Shown: positions 1 through 8,729, numbered from the stretch's first letter. The stretch is 23,392 nt of DNA from an uncultured bacterium (GCA_964546365.1 CAZJJR010000074.1:1-23392), one strand, 5' to 3'. Notes: generated from the sequence alone by a model not told the origin. A program made the numbers and translations.

Positions 1-922
1 TACACTCTTTCCCTACACAACGCTCTTCCGAATGTCCGTATAAAGTTCGCTGCAAAGAACCCGTTTTTACATCCCAAATTTTGATGGTTTTATCCGAACT
101 ACCACTAACAACAATATTATCTTGAGGACTGAAAGCAAGAGTATTAATAGATCCGGAATGTCCGGACAGAGTAAAGATAAGTTCTTCTGTATTGAGATTC
201 CAAAGTTTGGCGGTGTTGTCTGTACCACCACTGGCTATTATTGTTTTGTCTGCACTAATCTTAACTACTTTTACGCTTCCTTTCGCGTGCCAATCAAGAG
301 TATTTTCGGAATGCCAAGCAAAAGAACGTAGTTGTTCTCCCACTGGCAGATCTAAGATGGTAATTTCTCCTTCACTATTACCAGCCACAAGTAACCGACC
401 GTCGAGACTAATAGCGACGGAGGAAACCTCGCCTGGTTCCATTGAAAAGCTGCGAGGTAGTTCCCCGATGCGAAAATCCCAAATTTTGATATGGGAACCA
501 CTACTATTTGCAAAAGTCTGTCCATCTGGGCTAATCGCAACCGACGCAACCCCAGATGCACCAGAGATAGTACGAGTTAGTTCGCCTGTGGGGATATCCC
601 AAATTTTGAGGGTGTTGTCTTTACCAACGCTGCTGAGGAATTGCCCGTTTTGGCTAATTGCGATCGAACTAACTCCGCCTCGATGAGCGGAAAGAGTAGC
701 TAAACATTTCCAAGGCTGAGTTTGAGGCGTTGGTAGCGAAGCAACTGGCGCTGGCTGATTCGATCGTGTAATTTCATCTAGGCGTTTTTGAACAGCTTCT
801 TCTATTTGATTCGGAATATCTGCCAATTTGCGATCGATCTGAATCATCGCGTTTTCTAAGCTACTGACCCGACCGATCAGCTTGCCAATGAATTCCTTAA
901 AGTTTTCATTCTGCTGTGTCAT
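1..922 (-). CDS. WD40-repeat protein, partial. The N-terminus is in the window and the C-terminus runs off the window start. It has an N-terminal coiled-coil followed by WD40 blades.
   Basis: The minus-strand ATG is the reverse complement of 920-922. Translation gives MTQQNENFKEFIGKLIGRVSSLENAMIQIDRKLADIPNQIEE..., then WKCLATLSAHRGGVSSIAISQNGQFLSSVGKDNTLKIWDI..., with repeated GH...WD/IWD blade motifs. The open frame continues to position 1 with no stop. It is absent from the ORF track only because it is open-ended. Confidence 0.8.
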   Translation of the reverse strand, partial: MTQQNENFKEFIGKLIGRVSSLENAMIQIDRKLADIPNQIEEAVQKRLDEITRSNQPAPVASLPTPQTQPWKCLATLSAHRGGVSSIAISQNGQFLSSVGKDNTLKIWDIPTGELTRTISGASGVASVAISPDGQTFANSSGSHIKIWDFRIGELPRSFSMEPGEVSSVAISLDGRLLVAGNSEGEITILDLPVGEQLRSFAWHSENTLDWHAKGSVKVVKISADKTIIASGGTDNTAKLWNLNTEELIFTLSGHSGSINTLAFSPQDNIVVSGSSDKTIKIWDVKTGSLQRTLYGHSEERCVGKEC

Positions 923-945
923 GAAACAGATAGGTTTTGTAATAA

Positions 946-2598
946 TCAATTACGCTGCCAAATATCGATCGTACCATCTACTCTACCGCTTACTAACATT
1001 TTCCCGTTCGGACTAACGGCAACCGATATCACTGAAGCAGCAGAATTAGTATTAAGACTACAAATTTGTTTACCTGTTTGCCAATGCCAAATTTTCAGCG
1101 TACCGTCTGCACTGCTACTAATTAGCCTTTCTCGATCTGGACTGAATATCACAGATGTGACAGCGCCAAGATGACCTGTGAAAATGCCGCTCTTTTCTAA
1201 AGTTGTTAAATTCCATAATTTAATAGTTTTATCAGTGCTAGCACTCGCCAAGAGAAGTCCGTTAGGATGAAAAGCTACTGCACCGATCGCACCTAAATGA
1301 CCACCTAAAGTGTGTAGCAGTTGTCCGGTATTCCAATGCCAAAATTTGATATTGCCATCACCGCCACCACTAGCCAAAATTTTTCCATCGGGACTGAATG
1401 CGATCGCGCTAACTGCCCCTTGGTGTCCGGTTAAGGTATTTATTAATTTGCTCGTTTGTAAAGACGCTATTTTAATAGTTTGGTCGAAGCTGCCACTAGC
1501 AAGAGTTGTTCCATCTGGGCTAATAGCTACCGACCGAATCGAACCCGAATGTTCTTTAAAGTTTTCAATTAAGGCACCTGTTTGTAATTCCCATACTTTT
1601 ACACTTAAATCGGAACTGCCGCTGGCAAGTATTTCGGCATCTGAATTAAAGGCGATCGCGTAAACTACTCCAGCATTTTCCGATACTACCCGAATTAATT
1701 CCCCGGTTTGCAAATCCCAAAGTTTAATTTGACCATCAAAACTGGCACTGGCTATTTTTTGCCCATCAGAGCTAATTACTAATGATGATATCCAATCAGA
1801 ATGTCCGGCAAAACTTTTTAGGCAACGCCAACTTTCCGCCGGGAGGTTTTGTTGAGATGGCAGAGTGGGGGGATGGGGGGATGGGGAGATGGGGGTAATT
1901 TCCAATTCTTCTCCCGCACTCCCGCATTTCAACTCTTGTACGCTGCCACTTTCTAAATTAGGTAAACTAACGGTTTCTCTAATTTTTTCTCTGGAAGCTA
2001 TTTCAACTTTGATTAGTTGTACTTGTTGTTTTAGCTCATCTAGTTGTTTTTGTAGTTTTGCATCAAATTGGTAAGAAACATCTCCCGTTCCTTGTGATAT
2101 TTTGGCGATCGACTGCTCCAAATGGTCTACTCTGGCTGATAAGGCAGAATTGTTCAGGTATTGAATTACACTGCCGATCGAATCTTGTAAGGTAGCGCAT
2201 TGTTCCTTGAGTCGATCGATATCCCGATTAGCTGCATTTACGTTTACTTTGACCAACGAAGCTATATAGTCTTGCATTTCATCGGAAAGGTGACCCTGTT
2301 GCTGGCGATTCTGGTATTGAATGGAGGCTGGAATGGGGGGTAAAGAACGAACGGAGGCATACAGAGATTGTATTTCCGCAGATAGCTGCCGCTGAACTCG
2401 CACGATCGCAGCATTAGTACTTTGTTTCGTCAATACTTCAAAGCGACGCCGCGCGATCGAACTCACTAGTGCTAAAGCACACAAAGGTACAGCTACGTAA
2501 ATCACCTGTCCGCTAATCGTCGCTACCACTGCCCCAGCGACTGAGCCAGCCAAGCAAACATATTCTACGATCTGAAACTGACGCGAGTTGTTAAACAT
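946..2598 (-). CDS. WD40-repeat protein, 550 aa. It has two N-terminal TM helices, a ~180-aa coiled-coil, a Pro-rich linker and a 7-bladed WD40 propeller. It is a tandem paralog of the upstream partial gene.
   Basis: Track ORF. Hydrophobic N-terminus: VCLAGSVAGAVVATISGQVIYVAVPLCALALV. Heptad-rich segment: LQKQLDELKQQVQLIKVEIASREKIRE. Repeated WD40 units: SGSSDLSVKVWEL, SGSFDQTIKIASL, SASTDKTIKLWNL, SSSADGTLKIWHW, and others. A 23-bp gap separates it from the upstream co-directional WD40 gene. Confidence 0.85.
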   Translation of the reverse strand: MFNNSRQFQIVEYVCLAGSVAGAVVATISGQVIYVAVPLCALALVSSIARRRFEVLTKQSTNAAIVRVQRQLSAEIQSLYASVRSLPPIPASIQYQNRQQQGHLSDEMQDYIASLVKVNVNAANRDIDRLKEQCATLQDSIGSVIQYLNNSALSARVDHLEQSIAKISQGTGDVSYQFDAKLQKQLDELKQQVQLIKVEIASREKIRETVSLPNLESGSVQELKCGSAGEELEITPISPSPHPPTLPSQQNLPAESWRCLKSFAGHSDWISSLVISSDGQKIASASFDGQIKLWDLQTGELIRVVSENAGVVYAIAFNSDAEILASGSSDLSVKVWELQTGALIENFKEHSGSIRSVAISPDGTTLASGSFDQTIKIASLQTSKLINTLTGHQGAVSAIAFSPDGKILASGGGDGNIKFWHWNTGQLLHTLGGHLGAIGAVAFHPNGLLLASASTDKTIKLWNLTTLEKSGIFTGHLGAVTSVIFSPDRERLISSSADGTLKIWHWQTGKQICSLNTNSAASVISVAVSPNGKMLVSGRVDGTIDIWQRN

Positions 2599-3222
2599 TT
2601 AATACTTTTACCCCCTCTTCCCTACTGAATCATATCAGTCTCAGCTATAGGGTGAATATTTTATATATAAGTTAAAAAGTGCTTATAATGAGACATTTAT
2701 TAAAATAGAATATATGATTTAACAAATTAGTGTTAAATATTACTTTTTTTGACTGAAAAAAGTTTTATGCTGGTAGTTGGATGAGCGAATGATTCAAAAC
2801 TGAAAATTTTTCCTAGTATTTACTTCTATTCCCTTCTATTTCATTGCTCCTAGCCCTTGCCCGATAACCTTACCTGCCTCAATTTTTATAACTTGCAATT
2901 CGGGTTATTTAAGGTAATGGGGATCGCTAGTAAGTATGGTAAGAGGGATTGATAGTTTTATTACCAAATTAGAAGTATTCAAATTAGCTCTGCTTTCGCT
3001 GAATTGCGCTCGTTGTTCTTAAATTATAATATTAACATAATTTTAAACTTTTTCCTACTATCGATCGATAATCTAAGTAAATGTTACGTGTGCTAAACCG
3101 TACTTACTCGTGGGCGTTAACCATCATCTGGTAAGTAATTGAATTCGTTACAATTATACAAAATATGGCGATCGACCGATCGCTGGCCGATGAAATAATA
3201 ATGACAACATAGGAGAAAAATC

Positions 3223-3879
3223 ATGACAGAAGAAAATAGCGTTCCTAAAGAATCGGCAATTGTAGAAGTTAATGAAACAACTGAGATTGTAAAGGTAGAA
3301 GAATCAACTGAGATTGTAGAGGCTAGCCAACAGACAACTGCGATCGTCACCAAGGAGATGCCTGCTAACACTCCGGAAGAGGTGATTAAGGAAACGGCGG
3401 CTTTGTTTGAAGCCATCAAAAAACGGGCAGAAGCGGAATTTCAATCGGCTAGCGAACTGACCCGCGAAGCTTACATAAATGCGATTAATAAAGCGCGAGA
3501 AGTTATCGAACAAAATCAAGCCTCTGCCAAAGAGCGCGTTGACCAAGCATCGGAAATAATTAAAAAAGAAGCTGAAAAAAATTGGTTATTAGTAGATGCG
3601 ATTAAAACTCGCGCTCAATCGGAAATTCAATCGGCTGGTAACGTTACCCTAGAAAATTATCTCAAGTCGGTGCGACAAGCGCGGGAAGCGATCGAACAAA
3701 ATAAATCGATCGAAAAAGAGAGAATCGAACAAGCCGTACAAGACGTTCAAAAACAAGCCGAAAAGAATTGGCAAGTGGTAGTGAGCGAAATCGAGTCATT
3801 CGGCGTGCGACTGGCAGATGCGGCCAAAAATGCCTGGAACTCGTTGATGGCTTACTTTTCTAAGTTAGATAACAAGTAA
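3223..3879 (+). CDS. Hypothetical 218-aa acidic, alpha-helical protein with two internal ~65-aa repeats.
   Basis: Track ORF. A good SD, AGGAG, sits 8 nt upstream of the ATG. Internal repeats: ...EAYINAINKAREVIEQNQASAKERVDQASEIIKKEAEKNWLLV... and ...ENYLKSVRQAREAIEQNKSIEKERIEQAVQDVQKQAEKNWQVV... I do not recognise a family. Confidence 0.6.
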   Translation: MTEENSVPKESAIVEVNETTEIVKVEESTEIVEASQQTTAIVTKEMPANTPEEVIKETAALFEAIKKRAEAEFQSASELTREAYINAINKAREVIEQNQASAKERVDQASEIIKKEAEKNWLLVDAIKTRAQSEIQSAGNVTLENYLKSVRQAREAIEQNKSIEKERIEQAVQDVQKQAEKNWQVVVSEIESFGVRLADAAKNAWNSLMAYFSKLDNK

Positions 3880-3956
3880 TATCGCTTCCGTTTACATAGT
3901 TAACTCATGTTACTAGTTACCTGAAGCGATCGCACTACGCGAACAAGTAACGTTAG

Positions 3957-3985
3957 CGCCTGGGGTCTAATTCTTATCCCAGGCG
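3957..3985. terminator. Stem-loop: CGCCTGGG, a 13-nt loop, then CCCAGGCG. It is followed by TTT on the plus strand. Candidate terminator for the 3223-3879 gene and/or the convergent small minus-strand ORF.
   Basis: The 8-bp perfect inverted repeat was read directly. The U-tract is short, so this call is weak. Confidence 0.35.
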
Positions 3986-4091
3986 TTTAACATACATTTT
4001 AGCTATCAATTTTTCATCAGTTTCTCCACTTGGTATTTCTATCGAATTTAAAGTAATGCCTAGCTCTTGCTCATCTTCTCGGTCTAGGTTT

Positions 4092-4298
4092 TCAAAAGAC
4101 GTGTATTCTATCCTCTAATAGAAAGTAATGCGCTTCTTCCTCATTATTAAATTTAAATTTAGAACCGTCGGAATCTAAGACTTCGGCAGAAATATTGCTG
4201 TAAACTTGTAATCGAGCCCAACGTAAATTTGGAAAACAACAATACATTAGCCACCAACTTTCCTTGATAATAGTTTTCTGAGTTGATTGCATTCCCAT
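4092..4298 (-). CDS. Small hypothetical ORF of 68 aa. Homology-free coding potential continues in another frame down to ~3974, so this is a possible frameshifted gene.
   Basis: Track ORF. After its stop, an adjacent frame reads FENLDREDEQELGITLNSIEIPSGETDEKLIAKMYVKRLG* and ends inside the 3957-3985 hairpin. No family recognised. Confidence 0.25.
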   Translation of the reverse strand: MGMQSTQKTIIKESWWLMYCCFPNLRWARLQVYSNISAEVLDSDGSKFKFNNEEEAHYFLLEDRIHVF

Positions 4299-4690
4299 AC
4301 CTTTTATGTACTCAATAGTTATACTTAGAACAAGTCGTGTTCGAGGTATAACATGATATAAACTCGGTTTCTATGAAAAATAGTGGTTTGGAAAACTAGA
4401 GAATTACTAAGAAACTAGGTTCTAGCTACATCCTAGCCTAATTCCCAAACGCTCTTTGTACGTTTCTTTTCCATACTGTTGAGCAATTGTCATCAAAAGG
4501 AAACATGGAAACCGAGACGGAGGTATTCCTTCCTCCTAACGTGCTATCACAAAAGTACCTCTGATGCTGGATAATGGGGAGGTTTTCTTATATTGTCTGG
4601 TGAGGGTAGGTAGCTTCTCGTACCGACCATCCGAGACTAAGAATACATTTAAATTTTCCATTTTCCAGCAGGATTTCTGAATTAACCACT

Positions 4691-6478
4691 ATGCGAACCC
4701 ATTATTGCGGCCAAATTAGAGCTTCCCAGGTGGGAGAGACTGTCACCCTTTGTGGCTGGGTGGATCGTCGCCGCGATCACGGGGGCGTAATTTTCTTGGA
4801 TTTGCGCGATCGCTCCGGCGTTGTCCAAATTGTCAGTGACCCAGTACGCACCCCAGATTCCTACGCACAAGCTGAAAAGCTACGTAATGAGTATGTTGTA
4901 AAAATTACTGGTCGGGTAACGCCACGTCCGTCGGAATCCCTCAATCCGAAATTACCCACGGGTGAGATTGAAATTTACGCCGACCAAATCGAGCTACTCA
5001 ATCAGGTATACAAACAGCTGCCTTTCCAGGTATCGACTGGCGAAGAAGAGTCGGTGCGGGAAGAGTTGCGGCTAAGATATCGGTATTTGGATTTGCGGCG
5101 CGATCGCATGACTGCAAATTTGCAACTGCGCCACCAAGTCGTCAAAGCCATTCGCCGCTTCTTGGAAGACCAAGAAAACTTCATCGAAGTGGAAACACCG
5201 ATTTTGACTCGTTCCACTCCCGAAGGTGCAAGAGATTATTTAGTACCCAGTCGCGTTAACCCCGGTGAATGGTTTGCATTACCGCAATCACCCCAATTAT
5301 TTAAGCAATTATTGATGGTATCTGGCTTCGATCGTTACTATCAAATTGCTCGTTGTTTCCGGGATGAAGACTTACGCGCCGACAGACAACCAGAATTTAC
5401 TCAACTGGACATGGAAATGAGTTTCATGACTCAAGAAGATATTCTCCAGTTGAACGAAGCATTAGTTTGTCACGTTTTCAAAGCAGTCAAAGGAATTGAC
5501 TTACCGCGACCTTTCCCGCGTATAACTTATGCCGAAGCGATGTCGCGTTACGGTTGCGATAAACCAGACACTCGCTACGGTCTAGAATTAGTTGATGTTT
5601 CCGATATCGTTAAAGATTCTGGTTTCAAAGTGTTTTCCGGTGCTGTTGCATCCGGCGGTATCGTCAAAATATTACCCATTCCCGGCGGTAACGATTTGAT
5701 CTCTAACGTGCGGATCAAAGCAGGTGGCGACTTATTTAAAGAAGCTGCCGAAGCTGGTGCAAAAGGATTGGCTTACATTCGCGTGCGAGAAAATGGCGAA
5801 ATCGATACCATTGGCGCGATTAAAGATAACCTAACAGAAGAACAAAAGCAGGAAATCCTCAAGCGCACCAATGCACAAGCTGGTTGCTTGTTGTTATTTG
5901 CAGCCGACTCAGCCGCAGTGGTGAATAAAACACTCGATCGCTTGCGTCAAGTTATTGCACAGCAAATGGGATTAATCGATAACAATAAAATTAACTTGCT
6001 GTGGGTAACCGATTTCCCGATGTTTGAATGGAATGCAGATGAGAAGCGACTAGAAGCACTGCACCACCCATTCACCGCACCTCATCCCGATGACGTGGAC
6101 GACTTGAAAACCGCCAGAGCCCAAGCTTATGACTTAGTATTCAACGGTGTAGAACTTGGCGGTGGAAGTCGGCGGATTCATCAGCGCGATGTTCAAGAAA
6201 GAGTGTTTGAAACGATCGGCTTTTCTCCGGAAGAAGCGCGAAATAAATTTGGCTTTTTGCTAGAAGCTTTTGAATACGGTACGCCGCCTCACGGTGGGAT
6301 TGCCTACGGCTTAGATCGTTGGGTGATGCTGTTAGCTGGTGAAGAGTCAATTCGCGATGTAATTGCATTTCCGAAGACACAACAAGCTCGTTGCTTGTTA
6401 ACAAGTGCGCCATCTGGTGTAGATGAAAAACAGTTGAAGGAATTGCAAGTGCAATCGACTTACAAGCCAAAGAGTTAA
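4691..6478 (+). CDS. aspS: Aspartate--tRNA ligase (class II AspRS, bacterial type).
   Basis: It is 595 aa. The N-terminal anticodon-binding OB fold reads [34 protein letters not shown]. Class II motifs include [20 protein letters not shown] and GGGSRRIHQ...[14 protein letters not shown], plus the bacterial-type GAD insertion. The length is typical for bacterial AspS. Confidence 0.95.
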   Translation: MRTHYCGQIRASQVGETVTLCGWVDRRRDHGGVIFLDLRDRSGVVQIVSDPVRTPDSYAQAEKLRNEYVVKITGRVTPRPSESLNPKLPTGEIEIYADQIELLNQVYKQLPFQVSTGEEESVREELRLRYRYLDLRRDRMTANLQLRHQVVKAIRRFLEDQENFIEVETPILTRSTPEGARDYLVPSRVNPGEWFALPQSPQLFKQLLMVSGFDRYYQIARCFRDEDLRADRQPEFTQLDMEMSFMTQEDILQLNEALVCHVFKAVKGIDLPRPFPRITYAEAMSRYGCDKPDTRYGLELVDVSDIVKDSGFKVFSGAVASGGIVKILPIPGGNDLISNVRIKAGGDLFKEAAEAGAKGLAYIRVRENGEIDTIGAIKDNLTEEQKQEILKRTNAQAGCLLLFAADSAAVVNKTLDRLRQVIAQQMGLIDNNKINLLWVTDFPMFEWNADEKRLEALHHPFTAPHPDDVDDLKTARAQAYDLVFNGVELGGGSRRIHQRDVQERVFETIGFSPEEARNKFGFLLEAFEYGTPPHGGIAYGLDRWVMLLAGEESIRDVIAFPKTQQARCLLTSAPSGVDEKQLKELQVQSTYKPKS

Positions 6479-6514
6479 TTAATAGGAGTCAGGAGTCAGA
6501 ATTCGGAATTCAGA

Positions 6515-6627
6515 ATGATTTTGAGTGATGACTCCACTCCTCGTGGAGAGATTCGTTGGGTAAAACTCGATCCAACACTAGGTGTTGAAACTAAAAAAAT
6601 TCGCGCTTGTTCCATTGGGGATCTATT
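6515..6627 (+). pseudogene. N-terminal fragment of a PemK/MazF-family toxin, 37 codons then frame loss.
   Basis: Translation: [40 protein letters not shown]. The RG(D/E)I.WV.LDPT.G.E..K.RP motif is the hallmark start of MazF/PemK toxins. The ORF ends after ~37 aa, whereas MazF proteins are ~110 aa. Confidence 0.4.
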
Positions 6628-6856
6628 TCTCTGTTGAAAAAAGCAGTCCAATCTGATACTCGCGAAGCTTGCTGCATATTGTGAATCACCATAATAATGG
6701 TGTAACTTTCCTTTAGTTGAAGGCAAAGTTATTCAATTTGCTGAGTTGAAATCGGATCGAGAGCCGAACAAGGTTCATCCATCAACAAAACATCAGGTTT
6801 CATCGCGATCGCTCGATGAGATAGGCGATGCGATCGCCTGCCATACCCCGATGATT
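6584..6856 (-). pseudogene. pstB: 3' remnant of pstB (phosphate ABC transporter ATPase). The signature-to-C-terminus region is retained, with an in-frame TAA. The 5' half, including the Walker A region, is absent.
   Basis: Minus-strand translation: ...[73 protein letters not shown]... It matches the conserved PstB segment [67 protein letters not shown]. One in-frame stop sits where a Glu would be. The sequence diverges after TAFF. Upstream it is cut by a stop at ~6857. Confidence 0.55.
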
Positions 6857-6875
6857 TAAATCGCGGCTACACAAA

Positions 6876-6899
6876 CATAACCCGCCTTCGCGGGTTATG
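6876..6899 (-). terminator. Stem-loop: CATAACCCGC, loop CTTC, GCGGGTTATG. It lies just downstream of the alaX-like gene stop.
   Basis: Perfect 10-bp inverted repeat with a 4-nt loop, 15 bp past the stop of the 6914-7588 minus-strand gene. The minus strand continues TTTGTGT. Confidence 0.4.
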
Positions 6900-6913
6900 G
6901 GAATATGGGATCG

Positions 6914-7588
6914 TTAAGTTGCAATAGATGAAATTGTGCTAGCGTCTTCAATGCAATAGCTGAGTCTTAATTTTCCACCCTTAACCTTAACGGCAGTGAT
7001 TTTGACTTGATCAAGAACTCCTAGATTTTCTAAATGAGTTCCACCACAAGAAACGGCGGGAAAAGCTCCAATCTGAATTGCTCGTGAGGTTATAGGATCT
7101 CCAATGATTGAGACAGGTAGATTCTCCTGAATAGCTTGTTTGAGTGCCTCACCCAATTTTTTTTGCACAAGGTCAGACTGCGGTATATTTTCTCCTACAA
7201 ACTCAACACGTGCTTCACCTGACCAGTGATGCGCTCCGACTGCTTTTAAACCAGCAAATAACTGCTCCATGAGGGCTGCAATCAGATGTCCGCCCGTGTG
7301 GAGTTTACTGTTGGTAATACGCCACACTTCATCTACAGTAATTGTTACCTGTTGACCCACTTGTAATGTATGGTTTTCGTTTAGGTAATGATTAATTTGT
7401 CCATCAACATGAGCAACATGAGTGACAAGATGATCGTTAATTGTTCCTCGATCTGCTTTCTGTCCGCCGCCTTGAGGGTGCATTAAGGTTTCGTCTAAGC
7501 GAACCCAAGGCTTACCGTCATTTCCAACCTCGGTAATTAAGGCAGTACCCGTTAAAGAAGAATCAAAGAGATAGCGTTTTACGGTCAT
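6914..7588 (-). CDS. alaX: AlaX-type alanyl-tRNA trans-editing protein (AlaRS editing-domain homolog; Ser/Gly-tRNA(Ala) hydrolase).
   Basis: It is 224 aa. Zn-binding HxxxH (HTGGHLIAALMEQ) and CxxxH (VSCGGTHLEN) motifs are characteristic of the AlaRS/ThrRS second additional (editing) domain. The size matches AlaX-M. Confidence 0.75.
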   Translation of the reverse strand: MTVKRYLFDSSLTGTALITEVGNDGKPWVRLDETLMHPQGGGQKADRGTINDHLVTHVAHVDGQINHYLNENHTLQVGQQVTITVDEVWRITNSKLHTGGHLIAALMEQLFAGLKAVGAHHWSGEARVEFVGENIPQSDLVQKKLGEALKQAIQENLPVSIIGDPITSRAIQIGAFPAVSCGGTHLENLGVLDQVKITAVKVKGGKLRLSYCIEDASTISSIAT

Positions 7589-7621
7589 AATAAACTCCTG
7601 AAAGTAGGGGAAAAAAGTAGT

Positions 7622-7669
7622 TGATATATCCGGCAGACTTTAAATTTTCTCAATCTGCCGGATTGATAT
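7622..7669 (-). terminator. Hairpin: ATCCGGCAGA, a 16-nt loop, TCTGCCGGAT. It is flanked by the direct repeat TGATAT. The minus strand continues ATATCAACTACTTTTTTCC. Candidate intrinsic terminator for the 7676-8521 gene.
   Basis: Perfect 10-bp inverted repeat at 7628-7637 and 7654-7663. TGATAT occurs at 7622-7627 and 7664-7669. A T6 run lies ~10 nt 3' of the stem on the minus strand. Confidence 0.45.
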
Positions 7670-7675
7670 CAGGTT

Positions 7676-8521
7676 CTAGCTCCACATTGAAATAGGCATA
7701 TCTAATCCGCGAAACCCTATAAAGCAACTGTGAGTAACGCGCACTCCCAAAGATGGGCGCACTGCATGGATACAGGTAGAATCAAACAGAATTAAATCTC
7801 CTAATTGAGGCTGAATAGTGCAAGTCGGTAATGGAAGTTTTTGGCGTTCTAGTCCATAACATCCTGGAACGCGCAGTCGATCGTATTCTTCCTCCGAAAA
7901 GTGTTGCCACCAAAGATCTAGTTCCCCTCCAGATTCCGGGATATGAGTGTAGACGTTTACTGCAATCTGTCGGATTAGTTCCTTGGAACGTTCAAATTCT
8001 GGTGCATCAACTTGTAGCTTGTCGCGATGAGGTAGCGCCTCCGCTCCGTTGCGAAATACTCTGGCAGAACCTGCCCACATTGAATGTCCGCCAAGATGCT
8101 CAAACTGTACCCCAGCCAGCCAAACCTGATGCAACTCCATAAGCAAGAGACTGATGGGGGATAAGCGATACTTAAATCGCTCAATTTCCTGGTACATCCA
8201 ATCCATTGATTGTTGGAAATATTGCTGCCGTAGCTCAGGTTTTCCTACTGTGTCACAGAATGGGATACCCGTGCGTAAGATGTTTGGCTCAATGCCATAG
8301 CCACTCAAAGTTTCGTGGCTTAGAACTGATTGAGTAAACTCTTCTGCCAAACAAGAGGGATAGAAGTTCGGTACTCTCACCGCTAGAGTTTTTCCACAAA
8401 GTAAAGCTTCGAGATGCTGTCGTTGAAGTCTTTCTGTGACCGACAAAGAAGGTAGATGATTGTTGTTAACGTTCCAAGCATCGACAGTCAGTGGTTCCGG
8501 TAACATAGAGATTAACCTCAT
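7676..8521 (-). CDS. 2OG-Fe(II) oxygenase superfamily protein (putative hydroxylase).
   Basis: It is 281 aa. An HxD facial-triad motif (ALPHRDKLQ) and a distal His (DSTCIHAV) are followed by RVTHS, the R..S 2-oxoglutarate C5-carboxylate binding motif. The spacing is typical of the double-stranded beta-helix fold. The subfamily cannot be assigned by eye. Confidence 0.5.
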   Translation of the reverse strand: MRLISMLPEPLTVDAWNVNNNHLPSLSVTERLQRQHLEALLCGKTLAVRVPNFYPSCLAEEFTQSVLSHETLSGYGIEPNILRTGIPFCDTVGKPELRQQYFQQSMDWMYQEIERFKYRLSPISLLLMELHQVWLAGVQFEHLGGHSMWAGSARVFRNGAEALPHRDKLQVDAPEFERSKELIRQIAVNVYTHIPESGGELDLWWQHFSEEEYDRLRVPGCYGLERQKLPLPTCTIQPQLGDLILFDSTCIHAVRPSLGVRVTHSCFIGFRGLDMPISMWS

Positions 8522-8729
8522 TGATAGTTTTGTTTTGGGGTTACTGCCTCTGCTGCTCTTGGTCGGGTAGGCAGAGGTTTTTACAGCGGCTTGTGTTGTT
8601 TAAATTTGAGCTGATTGCTCGTAACCCTTGTATCCTGCTCATTAATCAATCTAATTCGTCTTCTCTTGGCTGAGAACGTTGAAAATCTTCTATGATGTTG
8701 AATAACTATTGAATTTCAACGGTTGAATT

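Noticed and set aside
192-686. Plus-strand 164-aa ORF (and 122..331, 352..561).
   Set aside because: It is entirely antisense to the minus-strand WD40 gene, whose frame shows unmistakable WD40 blades. It has low-complexity, Leu/Pro/Ser-rich composition typical of shadow ORFs.
1310-1663. Plus-strand 117-aa ORF and the 1865..2074 ORF.
   Set aside because: They are antisense shadow ORFs within the 550-aa WD40 gene.
3117-3546. Minus-strand 100-aa and 80-aa ORFs.
   Set aside because: They overlap the well-supported plus-strand repeat-protein gene, which has an SD. Their composition is odd and they have no motifs.
4300-4690. A 390-bp leader upstream of aspS, considered as a possible T-box or riboswitch or tRNA.
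   Set aside because: I see no T-box specifier or antiterminator consensus, no tRNA-like T-loop (GTTCGAATC-type) and no cloverleaf arms. Cyanobacterial aaRS genes are not known to use T-boxes.
6141-6470. Minus-strand 109-aa ORF (also 5002..5217, 4682..4870).
   Set aside because: They are antisense within aspS, whose plus frame has end-to-end AspRS homology.
6496-6726. 76-aa track ORF read as a real gene.
   Set aside because: It is an out-of-frame reading across the pstB remnant. The neighbouring frame shows the true PstB homology (…[23 protein letters not shown]…).
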